A stretch of 64,000 bases of DNA from an uncultured delta proteobacterium (lineage in GTDB: Bacteria > Myxococcota_A > Polyangia > Polyangiales > Polyangiaceae). Below the pieces are notes generated by a model. The model was not told where the DNA came from, made no database searches, and saw only the letters and a list, made by a program, of their open reading frames with translations. Within the stretch, counting starts at the first letter, position 1. Every line of letters starts with the position of its first letter. The position numbers and the translations under genes were made by a program. Of this stretch, positions 50,224 to 59,704 are shown piece by piece. The stretch spans positions 704,001-768,000 of the forward strand of contig CAVQUB010000005.1 in assembly GCA_963716725.1 (NCBI GenBank). Direction: 5' to 3'.

Positions 50224-52383
50224 CTACTTGCTGATCTTCGTGAGCCCCGTCCCGGTCAAGACAACGCTGGTGAACGGCGAGAGGTCGAAGGAGCCGGTCA
50301 CCGGTTGGCCATCGACGCGCGTTGCCACTGCGCCGTTCAGGTAAAAGGTTTTGTTGAACATCGTGGTGTTGTAGAAGAGCGCTTCGCTCTCTCCGGCTCC
50401 CAGCGCAGACAAGTCACAGCTGGATGTGGCGTCCTGTCCCGTCTGCGACTTCCAGCCGGCGAAACTGTAGTTCGTCACGTCGAGCCTGAAGATGTCGGCG
50501 CTCTTGTAGTGAGCGACGTACGTGTTGCCGTTGATGGTGATGGGGCCACCGCTTCGCGAGACCAGGCGGGCGGTCTGGGAGTCACCGATGTCACGGGCCA
50601 GAGCGTAGATGAGGTTCTTACTGATTGAGGTTCCGCCCAGATCGCCGTTGATGAGCAGCCCGCTCTTCGTGTTGAAGACCGTGTTGTTGGTCACGGTCTC
50701 GTTGTAGCTGTCGTGCAGGTAGATGCCGTTGGCCGTGCAGTTCGCGACGGTGTTGTGATCGACGGTGACACCGCCAGCGCTCGTGTCGAGGTAGATGCCC
50801 TCGCCATAGGGGATATTCCATTTCGACCATCCCGCCAGGGTCCCAGTGACGCCGTCCACGATGTTGTGTCTGATGATGGAGCCATTGGTGGCGGCGCCCG
50901 GATATGCCGCAGACGAGGACGTGTAGATGCCGCCGCCGTCGTCCTTGGTCAGGCAAGCGTTGTTGATGAAGTTGTACTGGACCACGTTCCTTTGGGCGAA
51001 CTGGATCCCGTTGTATCCGCTGTCGATCACCCGGTTGTGCTCGATCGTGTTGTCGTTCCCTTCGACATAGACGCCGGAGCCGGAGAACCAGTACTTGCCG
51101 ACCCCTGTGATCCCCAGGTTGTCGAACCTGCAGGTGTCGCTGACCCGGTTCCCGGAGTATGCGGAGTTCTTCGTGAAAGCGTAGATTCCGAAGTGATTGG
51201 AGCCTGACACGGTGTTGTCAGACACGGAGATCTCCGAGCCATAAGTGAGGTAGATGCCCATCGAATCGAAATCCGAAATGATGTTGTTGGCGACGATGTT
51301 GTTCGTTCCGCTGAGCTTGAGCCCCTCCTTCGATCCCTCCAGGAGGTGAAGGTCGCGGATCGTGACGTAGTTCCTGTCGCTCACGGACACGCCGTTGTCG
51401 TGCACCGAGCCCCTCACCGTATGGGCCACAGGCGAATCGCCAGCAGGGAGCCAGAGGTAGATGGTGCTCGTGCCGGGGTCGAAGTACCACTCGCCCGCCG
51501 CGTCGAGAAGCTCGAGCTTGTTGGTGAGGATGAAGCCTTCGTCGACGTTCAGGCTGGAGTAGGGGGCGGAGGGCAGGGTGATGGTCTTGCCGGTGGACGA
51601 GGCGACCTTCACCGAGACGGTCGCATAGGCCGTGGTCCGGCCGGTCCATGTCGCTCCGGTGTAGTCGATTCCGGCGTCTAGCCCGGCGGAGGTGAATGAC
51701 GTGGACGAATTGACCGCGCTGATGGCAGCGTAGCCCGTGTTGGGGAACCTCGCGGATCGCGCTCGCGTCCCGTCGATGAACAGCTGGGTCACCTCGGCCC
51801 CAGCCGTCGCCTTGTAGATGTTGCCCGCGTGGGGGGTCCAGCCTGTGATGACCTTCGACCCGTAGATCTTGGGGCGCAGTCCGGAGCCATACGCGCCGAT
51901 AGTGATGGGATTATTTGCAGAGCCCGAGGCCCCGACCACGACGCTGCCTTCCCATTTTCCGCCGCACTCGAAGGCCACGATGTTTCCGGGCTTCAGGCTC
52001 GCGGCGTTCACCTTGTCGATGGTCGCCCAGGCGGCTGCGGCTGTGAGCCCGTCGTTTCCGTCATTGCCCGACGGACTGACGAAATAAGTGGGCGCGTAGG
52101 TGGGCGTGATCTGATCGGTCGCAGCGGCATCGGGGCCCCCGCCGTCGCTCGGAGCGGCATCGGGGCCACCGCCGTCGCTTGGAGCGGCATCGGGGCCCCC
52201 GCCGTCGCTTGGAGCGGCATCGGGGCCCCCGCCGTCGCCCGGAGCGGCATCGCCCTGGGTGGCGGCGTCGTCTGGCGCGGTGGAGTCACACGCTAGATGG
52301 GCGAGGCTGCCAAGGAGGGCCAGGGCGAAGAGCAACGGCTGGGCCGCGATTCTGGGTGCCCGTAATTTTGCGAGGAGTGCCAA
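50224..52383 (-). CDS. Right-handed parallel beta-helix lipoprotein (putative polysaccharide-active)
   Basis: YFVSPSGND.NDG, ARFPN, GEWYFD, DGGGIY, repeated N..I..N strands. Confidence 0.85.
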   Translation of the reverse strand: MALLAKLRAPRIAAQPLLFALALLGSLAHLACDSTAPDDAATQGDAAPGDGGGPDAAPSDGGGPDAAPSDGGGPDAAPSDGGGPDAAATDQITPTYAPTYFVSPSGNDGNDGLTAAAAWATIDKVNAASLKPGNIVAFECGGKWEGSVVVGASGSANNPITIGAYGSGLRPKIYGSKVITGWTPHAGNIYKATAGAEVTQLFIDGTRARSARFPNTGYAAISAVNSSTSFTSAGLDAGIDYTGATWTGRTTAYATVSVKVASSTGKTITLPSAPYSSLNVDEGFILTNKLELLDAAGEWYFDPGTSTIYLWLPAGDSPVAHTVRGSVHDNGVSVSDRNYVTIRDLHLLEGSKEGLKLSGTNNIVANNIISDFDSMGIYLTYGSEISVSDNTVSGSNHFGIYAFTKNSAYSGNRVSDTCRFDNLGITGVGKYWFSGSGVYVEGNDNTIEHNRVIDSGYNGIQFAQRNVVQYNFINNACLTKDDGGGIYTSSSAAYPGAATNGSIIRHNIVDGVTGTLAGWSKWNIPYGEGIYLDTSAGGVTVDHNTVANCTANGIYLHDSYNETVTNNTVFNTKSGLLINGDLGGTSISKNLIYALARDIGDSQTARLVSRSGGPITINGNTYVAHYKSADIFRLDVTNYSFAGWKSQTGQDATSSCDLSALGAGESEALFYNTTMFNKTFYLNGAVATRVDGQPVTGSFDLSPFTSVVLTGTGLTKISK
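52122..52252 (-). repeat. Intragenic 30-bp tandem repeat encoding DAAPSDGGGP (about four copies)
   Basis: Directly visible. Confidence 0.85.
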
Positions 52384-52658
52384 ACGCCAACTTCATCTCC
52401 TTGGGTCACGATGGCTGGAGCGCCGCCCGGCCTGGACGAGGAAGTCGCCCTTGCTTCGCGAGTTCGCCGACACGTATCGCCCTGAAGGCGTCGACTTGTA
52501 CGAGTTGGCTCTCGAACTTCTTCCTTCGCCCAACTTTGCCCGGTGGTTTGAGTTCACTGGTCTCGCGCGCGTGCCGTGCGATCAGCTCGCAGGCAGGCGG
52601 GCAGCTCACGGAGCGCCTGGAGCCACTGCGAGGCAGCATCCGTCACCGAGTTGCTCGA

Positions 52659-52903
52659 TCACAACGTCGCGTACCCTTCCTGCGTTGCGGGGGCTTCGTT
52701 CTGACTTTGGGCACGATGCGTGTAATACCAAAGAGAGGCGTTGAACACGACGGCGCCCATCACGTTGCCGATGGTGACGGGGATCTGATTCCACACCCAC
52801 CATTCGACAATCGTGACTTTGGCACCTGCGAGAATGCCGACCGGGAACACGAACATGTTCACCACGCTGTGCTCAAAGCCCAAGGCAAAGAATGTGGCGA
52901 TGC
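52659..52903 (-). pseudogene. Formate/nitrite transporter C-terminal fragment
   Basis: FFALGFEHSVVNM and PVTIGNVMG FNT motifs; the N-terminal part is missing. Confidence 0.85.
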
Positions 52904-52915
52904 CCCCTCAGGGCG

Positions 52916-53527
52916 TCAGCGTAGGTTCGGAGGAAGGCGCTTGACGAAGCGGCTGCCTTGGAGCGGGTACGTGAAGCCCTCCAGGTCGCGCAGGGCGCCG
53001 CGCCGCTTCTTCCCGAGCAGGCGCAACTGATACGCATCGACCGCGCCTACCCAGCGAAGGCAGTCCTCGCCGCGCAAGAACAAGAAATAGCGCCAGTAGT
53101 CCACGGAGGTGTAGACGAGGACAACGTCAGCGTCGCCATCGCCGTCCAGGTCGCGATCGACACCGAACCCCGCTGGTGAACTCGGCCCAAGTTGCCCCTC
53201 CAAGATCGGCGCGTCCTCCAAGTCGGCGAACGTGGCGTGACCGTCCTCGGGGTGAAAAGCGTCCTTTGGTAGCTGGCCAAGAGTCTTCTCCAGCGCTTCG
53301 GAGGAACAGACGAGTACGGGAGGGGCAGCTTGTGCAGCGGGGGTCGGCGTGGATGGAGCGCTCGCTGGGCGTGGCCAGTCCGCCGCTTTGCTTCGAGCCT
53401 CTCGTATCGGCGCCGAGAGCGCCGCCGAGGGCGCAGGGGGGAGCGATGGTGTCACTCGCGCCCGAGTCGAAGACGATCCGGGAGAGCAGGCGACCGCCAC
53501 TACGGCGAGCAGCGCGGCCTTGTACAT
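52916..53527 (-). CDS. Hypothetical lipoprotein
   Basis: AVAC lipobox; DLDGDGDAD motif. Confidence 0.65.
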   Translation of the reverse strand: MYKAALLAVVAVACSPGSSSTRARVTPSLPPAPSAALSAPIREARSKAADWPRPASAPSTPTPAAQAAPPVLVCSSEALEKTLGQLPKDAFHPEDGHATFADLEDAPILEGQLGPSSPAGFGVDRDLDGDGDADVVLVYTSVDYWRYFLFLRGEDCLRWVGAVDAYQLRLLGKKRRGALRDLEGFTYPLQGSRFVKRLPPNLR

Positions 53528-53753
53528 GATGCCAGACGGAACGCTTGACCGCTGCGTGGTCTTCCGCGATCTGAAAGTGGGCATTCGGTACGTTTCCCAC
53601 CGCAAGCGCGATGCTGAGCGACACGCGGATCTGCGCGGCATTCAGGTCTTGGTGCTCGCGAAGGGGCGCGATGGTCACGTGCGGCGCGAGCACGTGCGGC
53701 GCTTGGAAGCTGGCCGCTTGACGCGACCCCTGGTTGGAGTCCTAAAAGGGAAG

Positions 53754-54836
53754 ATGACCGGACGGTTTTGGGTCTCAGCGTTGGTGCTTTCCCTCCTCGG
53801 CTGCTCGAAGAGCCCATCCTCAGAGCAGCAAGCCAAGCCGGAGGGCTCATTGCCGGCGAAGTCCGCAAGCGCCCCCACCGGGTCCACCACGGCCCCGCAG
53901 GCCCCCGCGACCCTCGCGTCGGCGGCGCCGTCAGCCTCAGCTGCGCCGCGCTTCACGTACCCGATTGAGTTTTGCGGTAAGAAGCATGGCGAGGACACGA
54001 CCCGCGTCTACTGCGAAACCTCCGAAGTCGTGGACGGGATCAAGGACCTCGGTCCGCTCGCCGGCCTCAAGAAGCTGAGAGTACTGATCATCCTCCCGGG
54101 TCCTGCGGGTACGCCAGCCGATGATCTCTCGCCTCTCAGGGAACTCACGGAACTCAGAGAAGTCGTCCTCGCGGACATGAGGGTGAAGAGCATTGAGCCG
54201 CTGGCTGGACTCACCAAGCTGGAGACGCTCTCCCTCGGGAACAGCGGAATGCGCGACCTCACGCCGCTGGCCAAGCTCACCCGGCTTCGGAAACTCGATC
54301 TTTCCTGGGCTCGAGAAGTGAGCGATCTGACACCACTCTCGGGCATGACAGAACTCCGAGAGTTTCGGGGAGTCCCGGTCAGCGATCTGAGTCAACTGGA
54401 GCCCCTGCAGAAGCTGGAGATCCTCGATATCGGAAGCTCGAAAGTGACCGACCTGACTCCGCTGCAGAAGCTGCCCGCACTGCGCGAACTCAACCTGAAC
54501 AACTGCGAGAAGCTTGCAGATGCCTCTCCTCTGTCGAAGCTGAGCAAGCTGACGCGCCTCGATCTGGGCCGTACGAAAGTGACCGACCTAGCTCCCTTGG
54601 CGAGCCTCAGCGATCTCACATACCTCCGGCTCGCCAACTGCAAGCTGGCGGACATCTCCCCGCTCGCCAACCTTGGCAAGCTGGAGTTCCTGGACATAGG
54701 CGACACCGGTCTCATGGATGTGGCGCCGATCTTCGGCCTTGCGAAGCTGAAGACCGTCCAGCTCTACGGCACCCGCGTGCCGGAGCCGCAGCGGGCGGAA
54801 CTCAAGACCAAGCTGCCTGGATTGACCGTCCGGTAG
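53754..54836 (+). CDS. Internalin-like leucine-rich-repeat lipoprotein
   Basis: LLGC lipobox; repeated D(L/I).PL..L..L..L.L units. Confidence 0.9.
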   Translation: MTGRFWVSALVLSLLGCSKSPSSEQQAKPEGSLPAKSASAPTGSTTAPQAPATLASAAPSASAAPRFTYPIEFCGKKHGEDTTRVYCETSEVVDGIKDLGPLAGLKKLRVLIILPGPAGTPADDLSPLRELTELREVVLADMRVKSIEPLAGLTKLETLSLGNSGMRDLTPLAKLTRLRKLDLSWAREVSDLTPLSGMTELREFRGVPVSDLSQLEPLQKLEILDIGSSKVTDLTPLQKLPALRELNLNNCEKLADASPLSKLSKLTRLDLGRTKVTDLAPLASLSDLTYLRLANCKLADISPLANLGKLEFLDIGDTGLMDVAPIFGLAKLKTVQLYGTRVPEPQRAELKTKLPGLTVR

Positions 54837-54839
54837 CGA

Positions 54840-54870
54840 GCGCGCGCGGGCGGAGGGGACGCGTTGTGCC
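54840..54870 (+). repeat. Intergenic repeat, 3' end of module B
   Basis: GCGCGCGGGCGGAGGGGACGCGTTGTGCC matches the ends of the copies at 56706, 57738 and 63420. Confidence 0.75.
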
Positions 54871-54946
54871 GGGGCTGGCGGCCACGCGTGCACCCAGGCT
54901 CGCGGCAGTCGTGGCTCAACCTCGCAGGAGGCGCTATGGTCTCACC

Positions 54947-55159
54947 GTGACGATCATCGATTGGAACGGAACGGACGTCCCCGAAGCCCTTCGCCATCTG
55001 CCTGCAGGACGGTACGCGATGGAACCACTCGACGAGGCCCTCGAGCTGAGCGCGGACGAGGAAGAGGGTCTGGTGAAGGCACTGCAGTCCCTCCGCGAGG
55101 GCCGCGGTGTTCCCCACGATCACGCCTGCGCATTGTTGCGCCGGCGTGACGCACGGTGA
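54947..55159 (+). CDS. Small acidic protein, putative antitoxin-like
   Basis: ELSADEEEGL..AL.SL..GRGVP resembles addiction-module antitoxin components; GGAGG upstream. Confidence 0.5.
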   Translation: MTIIDWNGTDVPEALRHLPAGRYAMEPLDEALELSADEEEGLVKALQSLREGRGVPHDHACALLRRRDAR

Positions 55160-55497
55160 GCAGCTTCAGCTCGACGCCGCGGGTGAACTGCGCGCCGCCC
55201 GGTTTCTTCCGGACCAGGCCCGGGGTCGCGCAATGGCAGGCGGTCGCGGCGTCCGCGGCCGCGAAGAACGGTCGCGTCCACCATCGCGTGCGGCAGTGCC
55301 TCGCGGGCGGCTCGACCTGCGTCGCGAGCACCACGGCGGCGGTGCCGGCGTACGTAGTGCTCGACCTGCCGCCGGGAGGGTGCAACAGCGAGCAGTGCAC
55401 CGCTTCGCAGCGGCGGAGCGGCTCGACCTGGCCTTGGCTGGCCGCCGGTCTCGCGCTCGCGAGCGCGCTCTTCCGGAGAGGCCGGAGGCGCGCGTGA
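55156..55497 (+). pseudogene. C-terminal fragment of a surface protein with a MYXO-CTERM-like tail
   Basis: GGC...C...WLAAGLALASALFRRGRRRA; no signal peptide. Confidence 0.45.
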
Positions 55498-56441
55498 GGC
55501 TCTTCGCGGTGCTGCTGCTCGCACTGGTCGCGGCGTGCGGCGGGCAGACCGCGGAGGATCGCCCGCGCTCCCCCTGGCCCGAGAGCGGCTGCCCGCCCAG
55601 CCACGAGCTGCGCGACGGCCGCTGCACGATGCGCGAGATCCACGTGCCGGGTGGAGGCTTCATGATGGGCCGAGGCTTCTGTCCGAAGTCGGGATCCGAA
55701 AAGACGCCGCCGGACCTCGAGTGCCCGTTCGCTGACCAGCCGCACTGGGTCGAGGTCGCTCCGTTCTGGGTGGACGTGACGCTGTTCACCTACGCGGACT
55801 ACGGCAAGCTCGGCTTGCCCTACGACGACGCCGCGGACTGTCCGAACCGCGAGATCGAGTGCGCCGCGCCGCTGGCGTATATGCCGGCCGATGGCGGCCT
55901 TGGCGGCCTTCTCGGTAGCCCCCCAGGGAATCTGTCCGACACAGACCTGGCATGTTCCCAACACGGAAAGCGAGCGATCCGCGAGGCTGAGTGGGAGTGG
56001 CTGGCCACCTGGGGCGGCACCCGAACCTATCCCTGGGGGGAGGCGGAGCCGACCTGCGAGCGCGGGCACATCGATTCATCGGAGTGTCGCCTGGTCAACC
56101 CGGTCGAGTGGTACACGGGCATGGACGTTCCGGTTTCGAAAGTGGCCTCCCACCTGCCCACCCCGGAGGGCGTGTACGATCTCACGGGCGGTGGCGGCGA
56201 ATGGGTGCTGCCTTCGCCCAGTGTGGTCTACACGGACGGATACCCGGAGCCGATGGCGAAGCTCCCCGCCTGCCCGAATGGGCAGAATAACTGCGGGTGG
56301 ATTTCAGGCGGCTGGGTCGCCGGACTGCGCGGAGGAGCAACCGACAGCCCCGCGCGCCACTTCGGAGGTGCATATCGAGGCGCGAACCGGAGCCCCCGCA
56401 AACTCCCAACCGGCTTCCGCTGCGTACGCCCCGCGCTCTGA
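55494..56441 (+). CDS. FGE-sulfatase (SUMF1-like) domain lipoprotein
   Basis: VAAC lipobox; GGFMMG, EAEWE, YPWG, GVYDLTG..EW, GFRC. Confidence 0.85.
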   Translation: MRLFAVLLLALVAACGGQTAEDRPRSPWPESGCPPSHELRDGRCTMREIHVPGGGFMMGRGFCPKSGSEKTPPDLECPFADQPHWVEVAPFWVDVTLFTYADYGKLGLPYDDAADCPNREIECAAPLAYMPADGGLGGLLGSPPGNLSDTDLACSQHGKRAIREAEWEWLATWGGTRTYPWGEAEPTCERGHIDSSECRLVNPVEWYTGMDVPVSKVASHLPTPEGVYDLTGGGGEWVLPSPSVVYTDGYPEPMAKLPACPNGQNNCGWISGGWVAGLRGGATDSPARHFGGAYRGANRSPRKLPTGFRCVRPAL

Positions 56442-56477
56442 GCCGGCGTCGGGATCGGCTTGCCCGATCTACTTCGA

Positions 56478-56717
56478 CGCCTCGGTCTCCCCCCCCACCA
56501 TCACGATCCCGGTCGCTTCACCGGCTTCTCCAAACACAGCCGCGCCGCGGGCTTGAAACCTGCTCTCTGTCTTTGTGCCTCCCCTCGTCTCGCTTCGCTC
56601 GCCGGTCCCCTCCTTGCCCGGTGCGCGCGAGCGAAAGTGTCTTGCCGAGATCACGGGCGCAGTGCCGATGCTCGCGCGCACGCGGACGGAGGGGACGCGT
56701 TGTTCCGTGCCCGACGC
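56478..56717 (+). repeat. Intergenic repeat, modules A+B
   Basis: 56508-56706 aligns with 57541-57738; 56478-56555 aligns with 59462-59538. Confidence 0.9.
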
Positions 56718-56778
56718 TCTGTCGAGCTCCGGCGCTCGCCCGGTGGACTTGCCATGCGACCGCGCCTATCGTCCCGTC

Positions 56779-57474
56779 ATGTGGGTACGCTCTAGAAACA
56801 TCTTCGCGTTCTGTGCGGCCGGTGTTGTGGCGTGCACCGCTGCGGATCGTCCCATCGTTGCTGGGCCCGCAACCACGGGTGCGCCGTCGCCGGACGCTGC
56901 GCCCCCGACTCCCAGCAGGGATACCGCCGACGCCGGCGGGATCCCTGCCCCATCGCCGGGGATTGCTCTGGCCGACTTTCCGCGCGCGGTCGCCGGATTT
57001 CCATTCGGCCAGACGGAGGCCCAATTCCGCGCCGCATGCGAAGCCGCCGGCGGTGGGGGCACTTCGTCCCCCGGCGAAGCGACATGCTCGAAGGCGCCCG
57101 TTCCCGTGGACTTGGACCTGGGGTTCAAGGTCCTCACCGTGACCGCGATCTTCTGCGGCGGCACGGTGTGTGAGATCGGGCTGGGCGGCGTCGCGGATCC
57201 CGAGACCGCCCGCAGGGCGGCATCGCGGCTGGAGGGGAAGTACGGCCGGCCTGGTGATCCCGGACCGAACGGGCAGTGCGACGTGGACTGGCAGGACGCG
57301 CGGTTCCGGCGGATGTGGATATGGCCGGGGACTCAGCGCAAAGTCGAGGGCGCGTTGCTTCTCGTGTATTCGTGCTTGGACTCCCTGGTCCCGACCTTGC
57401 ACGTCTTCTACCAGAACGAACGGGCCGTGGAGCGTCGGCGGGGCGACATGTCGGAACGCCAGCGAAACTGGTAG
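56779..57474 (+). CDS. Hypothetical lipoprotein
   Basis: VVAC lipobox, Pro-rich linker, paired Cys; flanked by direct repeats. Confidence 0.7.
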   Translation: MWVRSRNIFAFCAAGVVACTAADRPIVAGPATTGAPSPDAAPPTPSRDTADAGGIPAPSPGIALADFPRAVAGFPFGQTEAQFRAACEAAGGGGTSSPGEATCSKAPVPVDLDLGFKVLTVTAIFCGGTVCEIGLGGVADPETARRAASRLEGKYGRPGDPGPNGQCDVDWQDARFRRMWIWPGTQRKVEGALLLVYSCLDSLVPTLHVFYQNERAVERRRGDMSERQRNW

Positions 57475-57540
57475 CGCAAAGTCGTCCGTGCCAACGCACG
57501 GCGCCTGGGCGTAAGGGTCCTCGTTCCGCCGCCCTACCCC

Positions 57541-57860
57541 CCCGGCCGCTTCACAGCCTTCTCCAAGCACAATCTCGCCGCGGGCTTGAAGCCGGCCCGC
57601 TGTCTTTGTGCCTCCCCTCATCTCGCTTCGCTCGCCGTCCCCTCCTTGCCCGGCGCGCGCGAGCGAAAGTGTCTTGCCGAGATCACGGGCGCAGTGCCGA
57701 TGCTCGCGCGCACGCGGACGGAGGGGACGCGTTGTTCCAGACGGGAGCGCAACTCGTGAGTTGTCGATATCGATCGCGGCACCTGGGACAGAGCCGGGCA
57801 CCCTGCGCGGTTGCGCGAGTTCGGCGCTGATCAAGGTGCGGCGGTTCTCGCTGATCGCTT
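57541..57860 (+). repeat. Intergenic repeat, complete A+B+C copy
   Basis: A+B matches 56508-56706; C (57745-57860) matches 59546-59661 with 14 differences in 116 nt by manual count. Confidence 0.9.
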
Positions 57861-58230
57861 ACACCAAGCGAACAGGACGTTGAGTGCAACGGTGTGACTC
57901 GCCTTCAGTTCGGTACCGAATTCCCGCGACAGTCCCAGCGCCGGCAAGCGATCCCTGAACCCCCTCGATCCCGCCTCGCTGAGCGGCTGAATTTCTTCCG
58001 TTCGCGATCGGCGCTCAACGAGAGCTGAAACCAGTCGGTTGGGGAACAAGGACGTTCCCTCTCGCCCCCGCCAGTGGCCAGCGACCCTTTCGCTGCCGCC
58101 GACCCCGGCCGAGCCGCTGCGAGCAGGACCACGAGACCGGTCACAGTGCTTTGCCAGGGGTCTGCACCATCGCCCGAGTCGGGGAGGTCACCATCGTCCG
58201 ACGCAATCCTCGCCGAACAGCGCGCGAACA

Positions 58231-59040
58231 CTACATCCCAGCGCTTCTCATCTCACGGTCGGCGTCATCCAGGGACTTTTGAGCGTTACCACACATGCGC
58301 TCGGTGGGTTCAACGCATGCCGACGTGCAGATTCGGACCAAGTAGGCGCCACTCCTCAATGCGCTGACCCCTGGGATTGTGAGCGCCATCTTGTCGAGCT
58401 CACTCCGAATCGGGTCGACTTTCTGCCACTCCGAACGCGCGAGTTCCATACACTCGACTGTGTGGCTGTAGTCTTCGCTCCACTTCGCGAAGCGTGCTCG
58501 GGCGACGATCTGGCGAAGGTCGCCGAGGAGCACCCTCGCGCGCTTGCGTGCGGCACCCTCGTGCACATCGCGGATCTTTTTCAACTCCGCCCGTTCAGCT
58601 GACGAATCGGCAGCGCTGGTGAGGACTTCAACTGCATCGTCGTCACAAATGCCGCTGGAAAAACATTCGCTGCGGAGGCGGTCTCGGCGCTGTTCGCGTG
58701 ACATTGTTCGTGCTGACTCGAGAGTGAGCGCCGGAGGTTCCGGCGGCTCGGCCGGCGTTGAATTCACCGGTGAAGATGCGAACCCGCTCCGGCTGCGCGC
58801 GATGCGAACCCCGAGGCCGGCAACCTCCGGACGCCGATCTGATTCACAAGACTGCGACGCCCGCGTCAACGCCGTGTCGGCTTCCTCAAATTTCCCAGAA
58901 GCGGCTGCCAAGTGCCCGGCGTTCAGACTTCGTTGGCACTCGTTTTCAGCGGTCCTGCCCGATGAATAGACGATGGCGGCGGCCACGAACAGCGCCCCCA
59001 GGGCGATGCCCACGCCCACCCAGATGCCAAGTCGGTCCAC
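58231..59040 (-). CDS. Membrane-anchored hypothetical protein
   Basis: N-terminal transmembrane segment, helical Cys-containing body; GTG start inferred. Confidence 0.6.
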   Translation of the reverse strand: MDRLGIWVGVGIALGALFVAAAIVYSSGRTAENECQRSLNAGHLAAASGKFEEADTALTRASQSCESDRRPEVAGLGVRIARSRSGFASSPVNSTPAEPPEPPALTLESARTMSREQRRDRLRSECFSSGICDDDAVEVLTSAADSSAERAELKKIRDVHEGAARKRARVLLGDLRQIVARARFAKWSEDYSHTVECMELARSEWQKVDPIRSELDKMALTIPGVSALRSGAYLVRICTSACVEPTERMCGNAQKSLDDADREMRSAGM

Positions 59041-59461
59041 GACAATTCTCCTCCCAGAACCTCTGCAATCATACAGCAGGATCGGAGGACCTCGGACGCG
59101 GGCACTCGCGGAAAGAAAACGCGGCCCGAATGGGGCGCGACACCGCAAAAAGGCGTCGCAACTCCCTCCGCCGCGGGGACGGCAGCCGGGCGTGCCCCGC
59201 TCGGGTCCGCCCAACGTCGGAGGCAAGCCAAACCGAGGCGTTTGGGCAAGGCCAGGCGCGTGGGGCGCGGGGGAAGAAGTCGACAGATCACGTGTCGTGC
59301 GCCGTGCCTGACCCGCGACGGACCACGCAGGCTTGCTGGACCTCGGCCGCGCATCCGCAACCGGCGTGCCTGCGCTCTACGCCTAGGACTATGGCAACTC
59401 CGCGTGTGCACTGGGGTGGCGAAGCCACCTTCGCCGGTGGTGATCGCCGCTCCGGTCGCGG

Positions 59462-59661
59462 CGCCTCGGTCCGTCTCGCCAAGCGTACGACACCGGCGGC
59501 CTCACCGGCTGCTCCAGACACAACCGCGCGGCGGGCTTCGGTGCTGAGCGCAACCCCTGTGTCATCGATGTCGATTGCGGCACCTGGCACAGAGCCGGGC
59601 ATCTTGCGCGGTTGCGCGAGCTCGACGCTGATCAAGGTGCGGCGGTTCTCGCTAATAGCTT
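59462..59661 (+). repeat. Intergenic repeat, modules A+C without B
   Basis: A-like 59462-59538 is joined almost directly to C-like 59546-59661. Confidence 0.85.
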
Positions 59662-59704
59662 CCAGTGTCCGGCAGGAAGCAGATCTGCCATACTTAGAAG
59701 CGCG

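Noticed and set aside
55107..55493. N-terminal extension of the FGE ORF
   Set aside because: The lipoprotein signal begins at GTG 55494.
55494..57738. Diversity-generating retroelement (FGE-type target plus nearby repeats)
   Set aside because: The repeats do not match the gene's 3' end, differences are not adenine-specific, and no reverse transcriptase is present.
57905..58231. 108-aa minus-strand ORF after the membrane-anchored protein
   Set aside because: No motif and low-complexity composition; cannot be supported.
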